DNA from: Octopus sinensis
Lineage: Eukaryota
NCBI RefSeq assembly: GCF_006345805.1
Contig: NC_043007.1
Location: 28,954,001-29,018,000, forward strand
Reading direction: 5' to 3'
DNA length: 64,000 bases
Below the pieces are notes generated by a model. That model was not told the DNA's origin and searched no databases. It was given only the letters and a program-made list of their open reading frames with translations. The position numbers and the translations under genes were made by a program. Each line of letters begins with the position of its first letter. The first letter of the stretch is position 1. Below, one piece after another: positions 38,395 to 52,289 of this stretch.

Positions 38395-39115
38395 CATCAC
38401 ATCATTATCATTTAACATCTGCTTTCCATGTTGGCATGTGTTGGACAGTTTGACTGAGGACTGGCAAGCCAAGAAGCTGCACCAGGCTCCAGTCCGATCT
38501 GGCAAGGTTTCTATGGCAGGATGCCCTTCCTAACACCAACCACTCCGAGAGTGTAGTGGGTGATTTTGATGTGCCACCAGCATGGGGGCCAGTCAGGTAG
38601 CACTGGCATCAACCATGCTCAAATGGTGCTCTTTACATGCCACCAGCATGGGAGCCAGCCAAGTGTCACTGGCATCGGCCATGACTATGATTTCAGTTGA
38701 CTCAACACAACTTCTCAAGCACGACATATTGCCCAACAATTAAAGGGTACTTATAAATAGGCTGGTTATGTGACACTGGCATCAGCCACGGCTACGATCT
38801 CATTTGGCTTGCTGGGTCTTCTTAAGAACAGCACATCTCCAAAGGTCTTGGTCACTTGTCATTACCTCTGTGAGGCCTGACGTTTGAAGGTTGTGCTTCA
38901 CTATCTCATCCCAGATCTTCCTGGGTCTACCTCTTCCACAGGTTCCCTCCACTGTTAGGGTGTAACACTTCTTCACACAGTTGTCCTCATCCATATGCAA
39001 CACATGACCATACCAGCATAGTCGTCTCTCTTGCACATCACATCTGATGCTTCTTATGTCCAACTTTTCTCTCAGGATGCTTACACTCTGTCATTACACA
39101 TCCAGTGGAGCGTAA
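38395..39115 (-). mobile_element. 5'-truncated RTE LINE (ORF end plus 3' UTR)
   Basis: RRLCWYGHVLHMDEDNCVKKC...VEGTCGRGRPRKIWDEIVK..DQDLWR (38800-39063) runs straight into the family-B tail. Confidence 0.9.
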
Positions 39116-39754
39116 TGTCAGTGTGCAGAAACACACAAAATGTATCATCATTTTTGATGTTTACTTTTCCGTGCTGGCATGGATCAGACAAAATTTGTTG
39201 AGGCAGGTTATTTTTACAGTTTAATGCCTTTCTTGTAATCTTTCCTGTTTCCAATCTGCACCATTTGCAAGTCAGATAATATTTCCCCAAGTTCATCAAA
39301 CACGCCCAGATTCATGATCAAACAGGTTTTCATAGAGGATTTCAAATGAAAATCACTGTATGATGATAACCTTTGCTTACAATTAGTGTAAAGTCAAGAC
39401 CAGGTGACATGAAACCACATACATACATATATGGACTATTATTACCACGTTATATCGGCACAGCTCAATACAACCCCATAAAACTGCTATTACAGGTTGG
39501 TGTCATTGGGCCAGAGCCATATATATATATATACATATAAGTGTGAGTGTACTTAGCCATTTTGATATCAAACTGTGAAAGATCAGCCCTAGTTCTATGA
39601 AACTTCCAGTTGTAAAACTTTCCTTACAGTATTTCTGTTGAAATAAACTGCTTTGTTTTAAAATAATGAAGAACTTATTAAAACATCTCTTTTCCTCTCT
39701 ATTCTTTTTTTCCCATTTATTTATCTATTTGATTTTGATTTTTGCTGGCCAGTG

Positions 39755-40005
39755 TCACGTGAATGGTACCTGTGAAATTGTAGTGGTGGCTGCTGCCGGT
39801 GTCATGTGAATGGCACCTTCTGCCGGTGACACAAATAAAGCATCCATCACACTCTTGGAGTGGTTGACATTAGGAAGGGGCATCCAGCCATAGAAACCAA
39901 GCCAGATCAGATTGGAACCTGGTGCAGCTCTCTCTGGCTTACCAGTTCCAGTCAAACTGTCTAACCCATCATGTCAGCATGGGAAGCAGACGCTAAATGA
40001 TGATG
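39755..40005 (+). mobile_element. RTE-LINE tail copy in sense orientation
   Basis: cactcttggagtggttgacattaggaaggggcatccagc..cagcatgggaagcagacgctaaatgatgatga. Confidence 0.8.
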
Positions 40006-40371
40006 ATTACACCTGATGCCTGAGGCTGTGATTAGACTGTCAGGTGTTAGTCAGTCACTCAACTGTGAGTTAACCACCTGCCGTAGAGGAAAGAGTTGTA
40101 GGCTGGTGAACTTCATAAAATAACTGTTTTATTACTTCATCATCTCGTTTCTTATCTCCATTCTGTGTACTCCACTATTGCTTTATTCAGAAACATACAA
40201 GTACTGAGTTCTACATCTTATTATTACTATCACAATGCAGTGGAATATTAAAACATATATATATATATATAATATATATATATATATATTATTGATATAG
40301 TAAATAGGAATAAGTGGTTTTTGACTGCTATTTCTAAATTTTAGGTATGTGGCTAAGTAACTTGTTGCTTA

Positions 40372-40421
<50 letters not shown>

Positions 40422-40599
40422 TAGATAGATAGATGGACGGAGGGACTTTTTTTTTCAGTCTCCATCCATCAAATTAGCTGACAAAGCTTTGGTCCGGCTA
40501 GGGATTTGATAGAAGATATTTACTCAAAGTATAGTCCAATAGGACTCAACCTGGAATCACCTAGCCATCCGCACACACACACACACACACACATCTTTT

Positions 40600-41000
40600 A
40601 CCAAAGCCAAAGCAGGCAATTCACTGCATATTTAATGTAAAGAGTGAGAAAGAATGTCTGTTTACTTGGCCTTGAAAGCCTGTCCTGCTTCAACCAAGAC
40701 AACTCCAGTGACAGTTTCTGGGAGTTTGTCCCAAACGCTCCTAACCAAAGTATGCAGTTTGTGGTGCACTGTGGTTGCAACTTGTCTCCTGTATTAAAAG
40801 CGTGTGTGTTTTTTCCCCAGCAAACTTGTATAATCATAAGAGCTTTCTTTCAAACTGTAATGAGGTGGCTGCGTATACCTTATAAGTCCAACATAGACAG
40901 GCATACTGTAGAACACTTCTGATTATTGCTTGGGAAATGGTAGTTACTTCCTCTCCTCCTCCAACTTGCCTACAATTTCACACAAGTACCCCAAGCAGTT
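40600..41000 (-). mobile_element. degraded CR1/L2-like LINE 3' fragment
   Basis: Minus strand IRSVLQYACLCW and RSVWDKLPETV resemble the RP.LEYAS.VW and R.WN.LP..V motifs. Confidence 0.4.
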
Positions 41001-41276
41001 CTGTTACATAGAGTGGTGACATATTCTACCTAAACCAGTTTGCTGCTTCGGTTACACCCAACATCTCAGGTTGCTGTTTCATAGACAGCCTGCAATTCCC
41101 AAATGCAACACAAGGTTTGATGAGATTCTTTCCCATGCTGGAACCAATACTTTAATATTTCCATGGCTCAGATTTTGCTTTCCAATTCTCTGCTCAACTT
41201 CTGATCAGGATAAAACCCCTGTTTCAGCCAATGGCTGCCTCACTGCTTTCTCTTGCTGATCTTACTGCCGTAAACT

Positions 41277-41277
<1 letters not shown>

Positions 41278-41357
<80 letters not shown>
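41278..41357. repeat. long (TA)n microsatellite
   Basis: About 40 uninterrupted TA units. Other large tracts: (TG)-rich 41615-41815, (GATA)n ~45767-45808, (GA)n ~47877-47930, (CATA)n ~48205-48285, (AAT)n ~35080-35135. Confidence 0.97.
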
Positions 41358-41363
<6 letters not shown>

Positions 41364-41636
41364 TATATACACATATATACATACATGCATAGAAGCATAA
41401 ACCATTACATGTTTATACATCTACATAGATATGCATATACATGTACAAATATATATATGTATATATATATACACATCAACGTATTTTCATAAATACACAC
41501 ACACAGTATGCAAGAAGGAAAGCTGCTGGTATGCACATGTAATGAAGATAATTGTTGATGTGCACTTCTTCAGAAACCCACTCAAATTGGCAAAAGTATG
41601 TTCTAGAAGCACAGTGTATGTGAGTGTGTGTGTGTA

Positions 41637-41676
<40 letters not shown>

Positions 41677-42324
41677 TGTGTGAGTGTGTGTGTGTGAGTG
41701 AGTGCGTAAGTGTATGTGTGTGTGAGTGTGTGAGTGCATGTGTGAGTGTGCATGTGTGTGAGTGTATGTGTCTGTGTGTGTGTCTGTGTGAGTGTGAGTG
41801 AGTGTGTGTGAGTGCAACTGGGTCCCGCACCCAATTTCCTCCATAAGGCTCCCCTACAACTCATCATCTCTCTATTTGCAGCTTTTCTTTCATACCATTA
41901 TTCTTTTTCACTGCTCAAAACCATTTCACTTGATATCTCCCCCACCCCACCCACCATACATCTCTCACTCCCCCATACACTCTTGCCACCTTCACGCACT
42001 CACACTCACTTCCTGTCCCTACTCACCCCAAAGTTGAGGGTCAAGTCAGGCACCGCTTTTACCTCTTCCCAGCTCCACCTTGGTCACTCTCTCTCCATCT
42101 CTTCTAAACATGTGACCAATCATATATAACACCTTACAGCAAGAAACCTGTTTTGTCCTAGTTTTTTTTCTTCCTTCAAACCCTCATCTTCTAGCACAAA
42201 GCCCCACTGTTCAGTCCCACTGTGTGGCACCTTGGGGAAGTGTCTTCTATTATAGCCTGTGAGTAGATTTGGTTGATGGAAACTGAAAGAAGCTCATCAT
42301 ATGTATGTATATATCTATATATAA

Positions 42325-43370
42325 TCATTCATCATCATCCTTTAACGTTCCTTTTTCATGTTGGCATGGATCGGATGATTTAACAAAATCCAGCAAGCCA
42401 TAGGATTGTATCAAGCTCCAATATCAGCTTTGGTTTGGCATAGTTTCTATGGTTGGGTACCCTTCTTAATACCAAACACTTTACAGTGTGCACTGGATGC
42501 TTTTTTTTTTCATACAGCGGACACCAGTGAGGTCACCAAGTAACACCTAACACAGGGAAAGAGAAGGAAAAAGCCCACTCCCCTCTGACCAAGTGGTGGT
42601 GGTGAGTATTTAAGAGGGAGAAGTGACTTTATAGCAGGTAGTAAAAGGCTAAAGCATGATGGAAGGATAAGAGCAGCTGTCTTGCTGTAGATGTGGTACA
42701 TGACTATGATATAAGGATGGGAATGGCTGGGGAGATGACAAAGGAAACACTTGAAGTACAAGAAAGTGGAGTGGAGGAGAAGAGGAGATGGGGTTATTTT
42801 GTAAGTGTGTGAGAGGAAAGGATTAGAGATGGGGTTAGGGGGTTGAATGTAGTGAGGGAGTAGGAAAACAAGTATGGAGAGTGGGGTGAGGTAAGAGAGA
42901 GCCGTGACTCGAGGAAGGAGGATGGATCAGAGAGTAAGGGGTTGACATGGGGAGTGAGATATAGTGAGAGGGGCTTGATGGCAGATGTGAGAAGGTGCTG
43001 AGAATGATAGCTAACAAGAGAGGGAGTGATAACTGAAGACACAGAAAGGCAGTTGATGGGTGAAAATAGGGGGTAGGTAAGATAAGAAATGAAGTTGGTC
43101 CCAGGGGGGAAGAGGAGGAAGGGGGTAAGTGGATACACAAAGAATGGATGTAATGGATGTCAATTCTGCTCTCTAGTGATTACAGCTGTTGAGTGGTGCT
43201 ACAGATAGAAGTGTGATAGAGGGATGAGCAGGGCCCAGCATGCAGAAGCAAACACAAAATGCTCTTAGGGCCTCATTTTTTGCTATGATGGAAGGGTTTG
43301 TCAAGCACAACGAACCACCAGTCATCTTGGTCCTTTGTCATCTCCTCTGCGAGGTTCAACACCTTAGGAT
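42325..43370 (-). mobile_element. older RTE LINE 3' end with ~700-nt skewed 3' UTR
   Basis: Family-B-like tail at 42325, G/A-rich + strand at 42550-43230, then caagcacaac..gtcatctcctctgcgagg..aacac, which matches the RTE ORF end at ~20950. Confidence 0.6.
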
Positions 43371-43649
43371 TAGCTTTTATTACTTTAACTCATGTCTTCC
43401 TGAGTCTCTCTCTTCTATAAGTTTCATCCACTTGAAACAACAGGCAATTCCTCATACAGCTTTCAAATGAGTGACAAGAGCCCTCCCTCCCTCCCTCCCT
43501 CCCTCCCTCTCTTTCTCTTGCACACCACACCTGACACACCTACGCTTAATTTTTCTCTTAATAATTCACATTTTATCAAATATGTACTCTGACACTGAGT
43601 AAATGTATGTGTGTGGTTGTGTGTGTAAGTATGTGGTTGTGTGTGTAAG

Positions 43650-43915
43650 TATGTGGTGTGTGTGTAAGTATGTGTGTGGTTGTGTCTCCTTGTCTTGACA
43701 TTACATGATTGTTGTAAATGAATGTGTTTCATTTCCAATATTCTGCAAAAAACATGTCTGGCCACAGGAAGATATAACCTTGCCTGGAAACCAGTAAAGG
43801 TTGGCAACAAGAAGGACATTAGGCCATAGAAATCCTGCCTCAGTAAACTGTGCAACTCATGCAAGCACGAAAAAATAGACACTGAAATGATGATGATGAT
43901 GATGATGAAGACGAT
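43650..43915 (+). mobile_element. SINE with RTE-type tail (type E), sense
   Basis: gtctccttgtcttgacat..catgtctggccac..ggttggcaacaagaaggacat..(gat)n tail. Confidence 0.7.
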
Positions 43916-45579
43916 GACATGCCAAATACAAGCATACACACCTACACCAGCATCAATGTGTTTGTCTGTGTGTTTCAGTGCAAATATGTATGTGTGTGAC
44001 TGAATATATTAATGTTTTATTAAACAATATCAAACACTATTACACAAACCACACACACCCACACCCACACACAGCATATTGCTTTCACTTCATTCAACAT
44101 CAGTTCGGCTCAATTACACATCAAGTCATTGAGTAAATCACAAATCCTCAACCTCTTCATTTCGAAGAGATTCATTTCAATAAACTTTGCCCAGAAAATG
44201 CCAGAAAATTCTAGAAAAATTAAGAAACAATTTTACAAAATTGCTGCACATAATTACAATAATTAATTATCCTCTCTGCTGAAATAGGATGTGATTATAA
44301 TCCTTAAATTCCATGAAAGAGACTTATTAGATGTGGACTCAGGATTAGATTCTGTGAAGGCCTCTTAGTTCTTCCGTGTTAGCCAAGTTCACATATAATG
44401 GCACCTCAAGCACTAAATGGAATGCACCTGATGCTGACTACAGCATTCCAAACTTTTGTAGTGCAGCACTTGGTAAACATTTAGGACTGTTAGGCTGTAA
44501 TTGTAGCTTGGTTGTTAAGAGAGGGTTCTAAGTATAGAAGTCAACAAAGTGAACCATTACATGATCACTCAAATGGCTAGAAATAGTTGACAAATTTCCC
44601 TCAAATCATAACAGTACTGTCATATACAGAAGAGAAATTGTATACACACACAAACACACTGTTTAGATGGTCATGGGCATGAAGAAGTTTTACTGGCAAG
44701 ATCAGGAGTAATATGAAGTTTAAATAACAGCAAGAACAACAAGGACAGTGAAGAAAAATTAGACAATGAAACCTAAGAGATCTTTCACTGTTGATATTCT
44801 CTTGATGAAAGGTCGCTGGATTAGACCTTGCCCCCCCTCTCTCCAGCTCCTTTCGGTTATGATACCTTTGAATAAGAACTGATTCAGACCTACAATTCAT
44901 CCAACCCATGCCAGCACAGTAAGCAGACATAAAATGATGATGATGCAGAGGAGGAGGAGGATGAGGACAATGTAATGTCTGTACATTCCTCTGCAGATCA
45001 AAGCTGGATATGAAGTTGATATGAAGTCAATAAATATAAATATTTACACACACACAGACATGTGTGTGTGTGTGTGCACATGACTGTTGACTGTCCAGGT
45101 CTTTACTTATCACTCACTGAGTGAAACGATGACGTGATATTTACTTTCCTACTTGGTATTACGACCCTTTGCTCTACACTTTCAAATATCAATGGGATAA
45201 AGAAAAACAGATAAGGGTGAATTACTTGAAAAACAGATAAGGGTGAATCACAAGAAAGTTTCCCAGTTACAAAATGCTGTCCTACCCCAAAGTTACAGTT
45301 TAACCCATGCTAACATGGTAGAAACATGAATGTAAATGACTGAATAAATGATAAATTGTTGCTAACTGGTAAACTTACAGATTTTTGCACGTTGCAAGCT
45401 TTTGGAGTGCAACAGAAAGTAAACAGGTTCATTCCGGTTAGTGCTTGCGGTACAGTATTAATTGCACTTGGCAAACAGAGAGGAACTAAGGGGCTTTAAT
45501 AAAACCTTTGACAGTCCATATTTAATACTTTTAGTGGAATTTAGGGATTATAATCATATTCCATTTCAGAGGAAGGAGA

Positions 45580-45616
<37 letters not shown>

Positions 45617-45764
45617 TATCGTAATAAAATATATAATAAATATTTGTTAAGATTATAATTTTATCTCTAGCTAATTTTGTGGTACTGCACTCATAAATTT
45701 AATGAAAAGTATCATTTGTATATACAAGCAAGCATGAGTGTGTGTGTGTGTGTGCGTGCATGCG

Positions 45765-45808
<44 letters not shown>

Positions 45809-47376
45809 CAGGCTGGTAAGTAGATAGGTAGACAGACACATAGATAAGTATACATAAATATATGTGTGTACATGCACGCATGCAAACACACACACAGAGG
45901 AACATAACACCAAATATATATGTGTATGTGTGTGTGTGTGTTTACATAATTGTTTTGCTAATCTAATAACAACAATACTAAGTATGTAGGCCTTAAAACG
46001 TTTTTTGTGCATTTGCAGAGAATTCCGAACTGTCTTACACAGGATCTTGTTTTTAGGAACTTCCAATAAGTTATGAATACTCAAATTGTGAAGTCAGTTA
46101 TGTAATAACATGAAATTAGTTACCAAATAATTTAGGAAAATGAATGGGTTAGTTCCCTTGGCTATAATAAGGATCCTTTCCAGGGGCAAATGGGTTATTT
46201 CCCTTGGTTTTTAAAATAAAAAATATTAGATATATATAAGGATCCCTTCCAGGAGCCCTATTGTCAATTTTTTTTCAACAATCTGAGTATGCCATGAAGT
46301 TTCCAGACATAAGTTCTACTCACGTGTCATGTTTCATCAAAATTGATAAAACGATGTAGGAGGAGTTAGCTAACAACTCCACAAACACAACCACAGACAG
46401 AATTTCCCACATATGTAGATTATCACTGCTTTGTAGCTTGTAAGGTGAAAGAGAGCCCTTATAACTAAAAGAGCAAGGAACACTTAGGGGTAGTAATGGA
46501 GAAAACGGTGGGGGGAGGAGACAGAATAAAGTCAGTGCAAAAGGGGGGGATGTACAATGTGGTAAGGGGTGGATGAACAAGAGGAGATACATGTTACTCC
46601 ATGTTATATATGGTGGTTAGAGAGATGCATGGAGATAAGATGATGATGAGAAGGAGGAGTGAGAACATATCCTCAAGTGTAATGTGTCCAAGAGAGCATG
46701 GGGACAGAACAATCAGAGAGGGTGAACAGAGACTGCCAGAGTAATCCCTCCTCTTTATATATATATATATATGCAGAGAGAAAGAGAGAGACACATATCT
46801 ATATATGTAGTTTTTTAATTTCTTTTATTTATCAAATGGCAAAAACTAGAGTGACCCAAGAGCCAGGAGTTTCATGCATTGGTGCTTATCAAACCTGTAC
46901 ATACACACACACATGCGCGTGCAGTTTTATTTCAAGACTTCTTGCTAATAGAGAAAGAGCCAGTTTCCAACCTAGATCCAAGGCTCCTTTATTGGAATTT
47001 CAACATCAACAGGGTAATTGTGCATGTATGCGTACATGTGGAGTATTTGGAGTCAATGCATATACACATTTGTTTTATGTATATATTCTCATGCATATAG
47101 TTGCATATATATTTTTACATATCCCAGACAATATCAACAAGGGGCCATATATACATTCACTCAACCAGCTAGAAATAGCAGCTAAGATTTCATCATCTCA
47201 CACTGTAATTCTCAATAAAGAAGAGACAGATATATAACAGTCTTCAATACACACTATTTCTGAATAAAAAGATGTGTTAGTCATGGATGTGAACATCATT
47301 GTCAGCATTATTCCAGGATCAATAAAATAGGTAACAGTAATGTATTTGGATCCAAATCAGCTCCTCTCTCTCTCTT

Positions 47377-47417
<41 letters not shown>

Positions 47418-47873
47418 TTCTCTCTTTCAAATGTCAAAGTGAGACCAATTGTGGATCTAATCCCTGGTGTTGTGCATAAAATCTTGAACTATTTCAGGCT
47501 CTAAAAATATATTTAAAACCATACACTGTTATATCTATTTGCCTTTCATCCCCTTGGGGCCAGTAAAGTAACAGTCACATACTGGGGTCAATATCATCAA
47601 CAACCAGCCTCTCCTGTTATCCTTGTTTCAAAATTTAAAAGAATTATTATTATTGTCATTATTATTACTATAACAATTATTGTTGTCATTATTTCTATTG
47701 TTATTATTTTTCTCAGGGCTGTTGCTAAAATATTGTGCAAAATATAAACCAGCCTTGCCTCTTATTCTACAACAAACATTTCATGCACAACCACACAGTA
47801 GCATATCACTTCTTAAATATTATCTCAATGACACCCGCACCTCCACAGATTGCGAAACAAGATAGAAAGACAG

Positions 47874-47932
<59 letters not shown>

Positions 47933-48255
47933 GGGTGTTAGTGAGAGGTGATACAGCTGTACATGTAATTTTATTTTTTCAAGATGTTTCATTTTGCTAT
48001 TATTTCTGTGAGCTCTGTGATGTGAATTCTGAAAGATTGTCTCATATTTTGTGTAAGATGAAGTACATGTTGACATGAAGCACAGTTTTATTACTGCTGT
48101 ACATTAAACTACTCGAAACAATTTCCAGTCTTCATAATGTAATTGATTCCAGGTTTCCGTTGTCATCTAAGACATTGTGCACATACTCACATGCATGCAT
48201 ACATATACACATACATACATACATACATACATACATACATACATACATACATACA

Positions 48256-48286
<31 letters not shown>

Positions 48287-48544
48287 GTACGTACGTACAT
48301 ACATAATGTACACACATACATATATAAAACTCTGTCTTTTTTTATGCATGTGAGTGTGTGTGTGTATACATACACACATACATGCAATACACACACACAA
48401 ATCATCATCATCATCATCATTTAACGTTATATACACAAATATACTAACAAATATCTATGTATATACACATATATAATACATATCTATTTATATATATACA
48501 TATTTATATATTATATATATATTTATTTATCATACATCTCAATG

Positions 48545-49510
48545 GATCAAGAAGACCATAACTGAAGGAGTACTTTTTGTTGTAGTGGCTGGGTTAATGG
48601 TGTACGAACAAAGACTCACCACCGACCAGGAGATCTTTTTCTTTTACAATCAGATAATATTACCCAATGCATTCAGGATATTAGCATTGGTACCAACATT
48701 TGGGATATTTGACTAATCTACAGAGGAAATCTGGTGCATTGGTATTAAAACCCATGAGATTCTGACATCAGCTGGAAGCTTCTACTGAAGCAATGATACT
48801 GAGAGTTAGTATGTTGGAAGGAGACAAGAGGGAAGAGGTTTAAAGTAAGTGCAAACAGCCTTTGCATGTTGTATGGTAACACTCAACAGCTATGAAACCA
48901 CAACATCAACAAAGAAAACAAATGCACACAGCAGGATTTCAAAAGTGGCATGAAGAACATTTTAAAGTTTGGTAGTAAACATCTGAAGTAGTCAGCCATT
49001 GGTGATTGCGACTTTGTAATTGCTGGACTAACTGACCACGGAGGAACTACGCTTTCTCATTATCAAAGATATGCAAAAGTAACTTTCTTGTGAACAAACA
49101 GCAAGAGAAAGTTCAACCTGTTTGGGACTTAGAACCAGTGCAGCATTTTAAAGGTTATACTTGTACAACTTAGTTGCAACTAAATAGACACAGAATACTT
49201 GTTGAACAAACGAAGCAGTAAAGTGTTTACTTAAACCTCAGGATGAGATAAACAATGTTGATTCTATCACATGTAATCAGTAGTTGCCCCAAAGTGTCAT
49301 TAAGGTACTATTTTTTAATGGTGTCTGCAGGAAAGACTGCCCTGGAACAAACATAGAAAATAATGCTCTTATTGAGTATAAACATATGTTTAAAAAGTGG
49401 GGAATACTGATGGGACCATTTCTAATGAAATGCCTGCAAACACAGATGTTAGAAACAGCAAGCAAAGATTCTGTAGTGTTGAGGAGATCAACTGTACATG
49501 TAGACGTGTA
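48545..49510 (+). mobile_element. degraded RLE-type non-LTR retrotransposon fragment (zinc-knuckle region)
   Basis: HVISSCPKVSLRYY at ~49270-49310 fits the H(I/V)..SCP.M..RYY..RH knuckle of NeSL/R4/CRE-like elements; flanking DNA is unique and frameshifted. Confidence 0.45.
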
Positions 49511-50108
49511 GGGTTAGGGTTGTTTGAAGTCTACAGTTTTCCTGTCAGATTATAAATTTATTTATGTTTATGTTTCTAATCATTTGGCAATTTAAAACAT
49601 TACTAAATGTTTATTCTCTGGAAACTCTGATGTTTCCAGCCAAAGTCACCAGCTAACACATCATCATCATCCTTATCATATAAATTCCATATTCCATGCT
49701 GGCATGGATTGAACAGTCTAACAGGATCCAATGAACCAGACGACCGTGACGAGTTCTAATGACTGCTTTGATAAGGTTTCTATGGCTGAGTGTCCTTCCG
49801 AGCACCAACAACTTTCCAGAGGGAACTGAGTGCTTTATACTTTGCAAATTCAAATTGCAAGAAGAACAGTTTTGTCATTACTGTCCAGCAATGGAACTTT
49901 GAGTCCATTAGAAACCAGCTTCTTATTACAAAAACCCTAATAATGTTTATACACGTGTGTGTCTGGATGCATACAGAGAGTTATATATAACTACATACAG
50001 CCATAAATCCATACACAATATACATGCAAACATACAAATATTCTTACAATATTTATCATCTTTTTCAGTCTGTTTTTTCCTTTATAATGTGTGTGTGTGT
50101 GTGTGTGT

Positions 50109-50150
<42 letters not shown>

Positions 50151-51671
50151 TGTGTGTGAGTGTGTGTGTGTGTGTGTGTAATTATAGATGCCTCCTTAAA
50201 CTCTTAGAATTCTCAAATTCTTGTATAAAGAGATTGTATAATGCAAGATGCAATGGATAAAATTCATGCACATTAAAAACTGAATTCTAGCAAAAGTATC
50301 CATATATTAATATATTTTATTCTACCAAAGAATTTCCATGAGTTTAGCCAGTTTATTATATTACAGTTAATTGTTGGCACAGATTGGTTCCCATCAGACT
50401 TTCAAGTAATTCACCATGAAGCCAAAATGATATTTAAAAATGATGAACAGCAGGGAAATAAAAACTTCTGTCTGTTAGTCAGGAATTGTAATAGTTTAGA
50501 GTTATACACTGGCATGGGGTGTCAATTGGGGTATGGTATATGCTGGGCGGGGCGTATAGAGGGGTGGGGACATATAGAGAGGGCTAGGATGGCTACTGAC
50601 CTACTACTTTGATGAAAGGATTCTTGCTAGAGTAAGATCATTCATAAAGTTTACATTCTCCCAGTGTGTATGAGTGAGTGTGTGCGATTATGTAAACATT
50701 CATAACAACGTGTATGTATATCAACTGAACATAAATTTAAAATATAAAGATGCTAGTAAGTCTTAGGGCATTTTTAAAAACATATACACCTGTAGCTGTG
50801 TGTGTGTGTGTGCATACACATATGTGAATGGGTGAACTAATGAAGCATTCGGCACATGTGAGGAGAGTACATCTCATGGAGGGGACGACAATGGACCCTA
50901 TCACAATGGTAGTGAGTAATACATGCATATATATATATGTGTGAATGTATATACTTGTGGGTGTGTATATACACACACACACCTTATTGCCCCCAACTGT
51001 ACATCCCTCCGCCAAGACTCCCATCTCTCTCAGATTACCTTGTTTACCACCCAACTCCTTAATCTTTATCTCAATAGTTGCCCTTAAACCTCTAGGATGC
51101 TTATCCCCTACAATGTTAGGTTGCTTTATATAGAAATTATAAATATTGGAAATGCTTGATGATGGAGAATGTACTCTAGTAGAGTTTTTCTTTAATTTTC
51201 CTTAAAATAATAGCATTTAATTGGATTAGTTTCGGGTGGACATGGATATACTTCTGAACTGTTTACACACATACCCCTGTACATATACACATGACCATAA
51301 TTTAATGCCTGTTTTCCATGTTGGCAGGATCCACTGAGCCAAAAAGCTGGATGCCCTGCCTAAAGCCAACCAATCCATTCATAATTTGGCTACTACATTT
51401 TCAGACACTCACTCACCGTGTGTGTATATGGTGGATATTTCACGTATGAAGTACAGACTACAAGTGTCTGTACTTCGTACATTTTACACATTTTGACACC
51501 TTTTTACATATGAAATGCATGTTTGTTCATGCGTTTCATACGTCTATGTGAATGTATGTGTATGTCTGACCCAGGAAATTTGCTTGTGGAGTGGGGAAGG
51601 TCTATGGAGTATTTTACATGTGGTTTTCATATGTTTAACCTGGAAAACTCACATGGAGAATCTCTGAAATC

Positions 51672-52165
51672 ATCGTTTAATGTCTGCTTTCCATGCTAGC
51701 ATGGGCTGGACGATTTTGACTAAGGGCTGGCGAACCAGATGGCTGCACCAGGCGCCAATCTTGATCTGGCAGAGTTTCTACAGCTGAATGCCCTTCCTAA
51801 CGCTAACCACTCTGAGAGTGTAGTGGGTGCTTTTTACGTACCACCGGCATGGGGGCCAGTTAGGCAGTACTGGCAATGACCTCGCTTGAATCTTTTTACA
51901 CATCCCACCGGCACAGGTGCCAGTAAGGTGACACTGGTAATGATCACGCTCGAATAGTGCCTTTTTATGTGTCACTGGCACGGAAGCCAGTTGGCTGCTC
52001 TGGCAATGATCATGCTCGGATGGTGCTCTTGGGACCCTACTAGCATGGGCACAAGTGCCAGTAACGCGATGCTGGTAATGATCACATTCGAATGGTGCCT
52101 TTTATGTGCCACTGGCCCGGAAGCCGGCTAGCCACTCTGTCAACAATCACACTGCGAATTTTACC
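51672..52165 (-). mobile_element. RTE-LINE 3' UTR/tail copy (family B) with internal modules
   Basis: atcgtttaatgtctgctttccatgctagcatggg.. plus three gccagt..gctggtaatgatca..ctcg modules. Confidence 0.85.
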
Positions 52166-52258
52166 TGACATTGATTCATTGTTTTTTGGATTCATTTTGT
52201 TTTTGTTAGTTTGGTTCATTCCTTTACATACATACATGAATGCATACACATATGCATG

Positions 52259-52289
<31 letters not shown>

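Noticed and set aside
41431-41867. His-Thr / Val-Cys ORFs here and at 11410-11754, 48132-48436, 52775-53246, 62132-62475
   Set aside because: Translations of CA/TG/TA microsatellites.
45202-45248. small direct duplications (also ~46142-46255 and 56275-56319)
   Set aside because: Short local slippage duplications with no evidence of function.
46300-46345. minus-strand TTGATGA...GAAC-ttat-GTC hammerhead-like motif
   Set aside because: Two core changes and no convincing stems; too degenerate to support.
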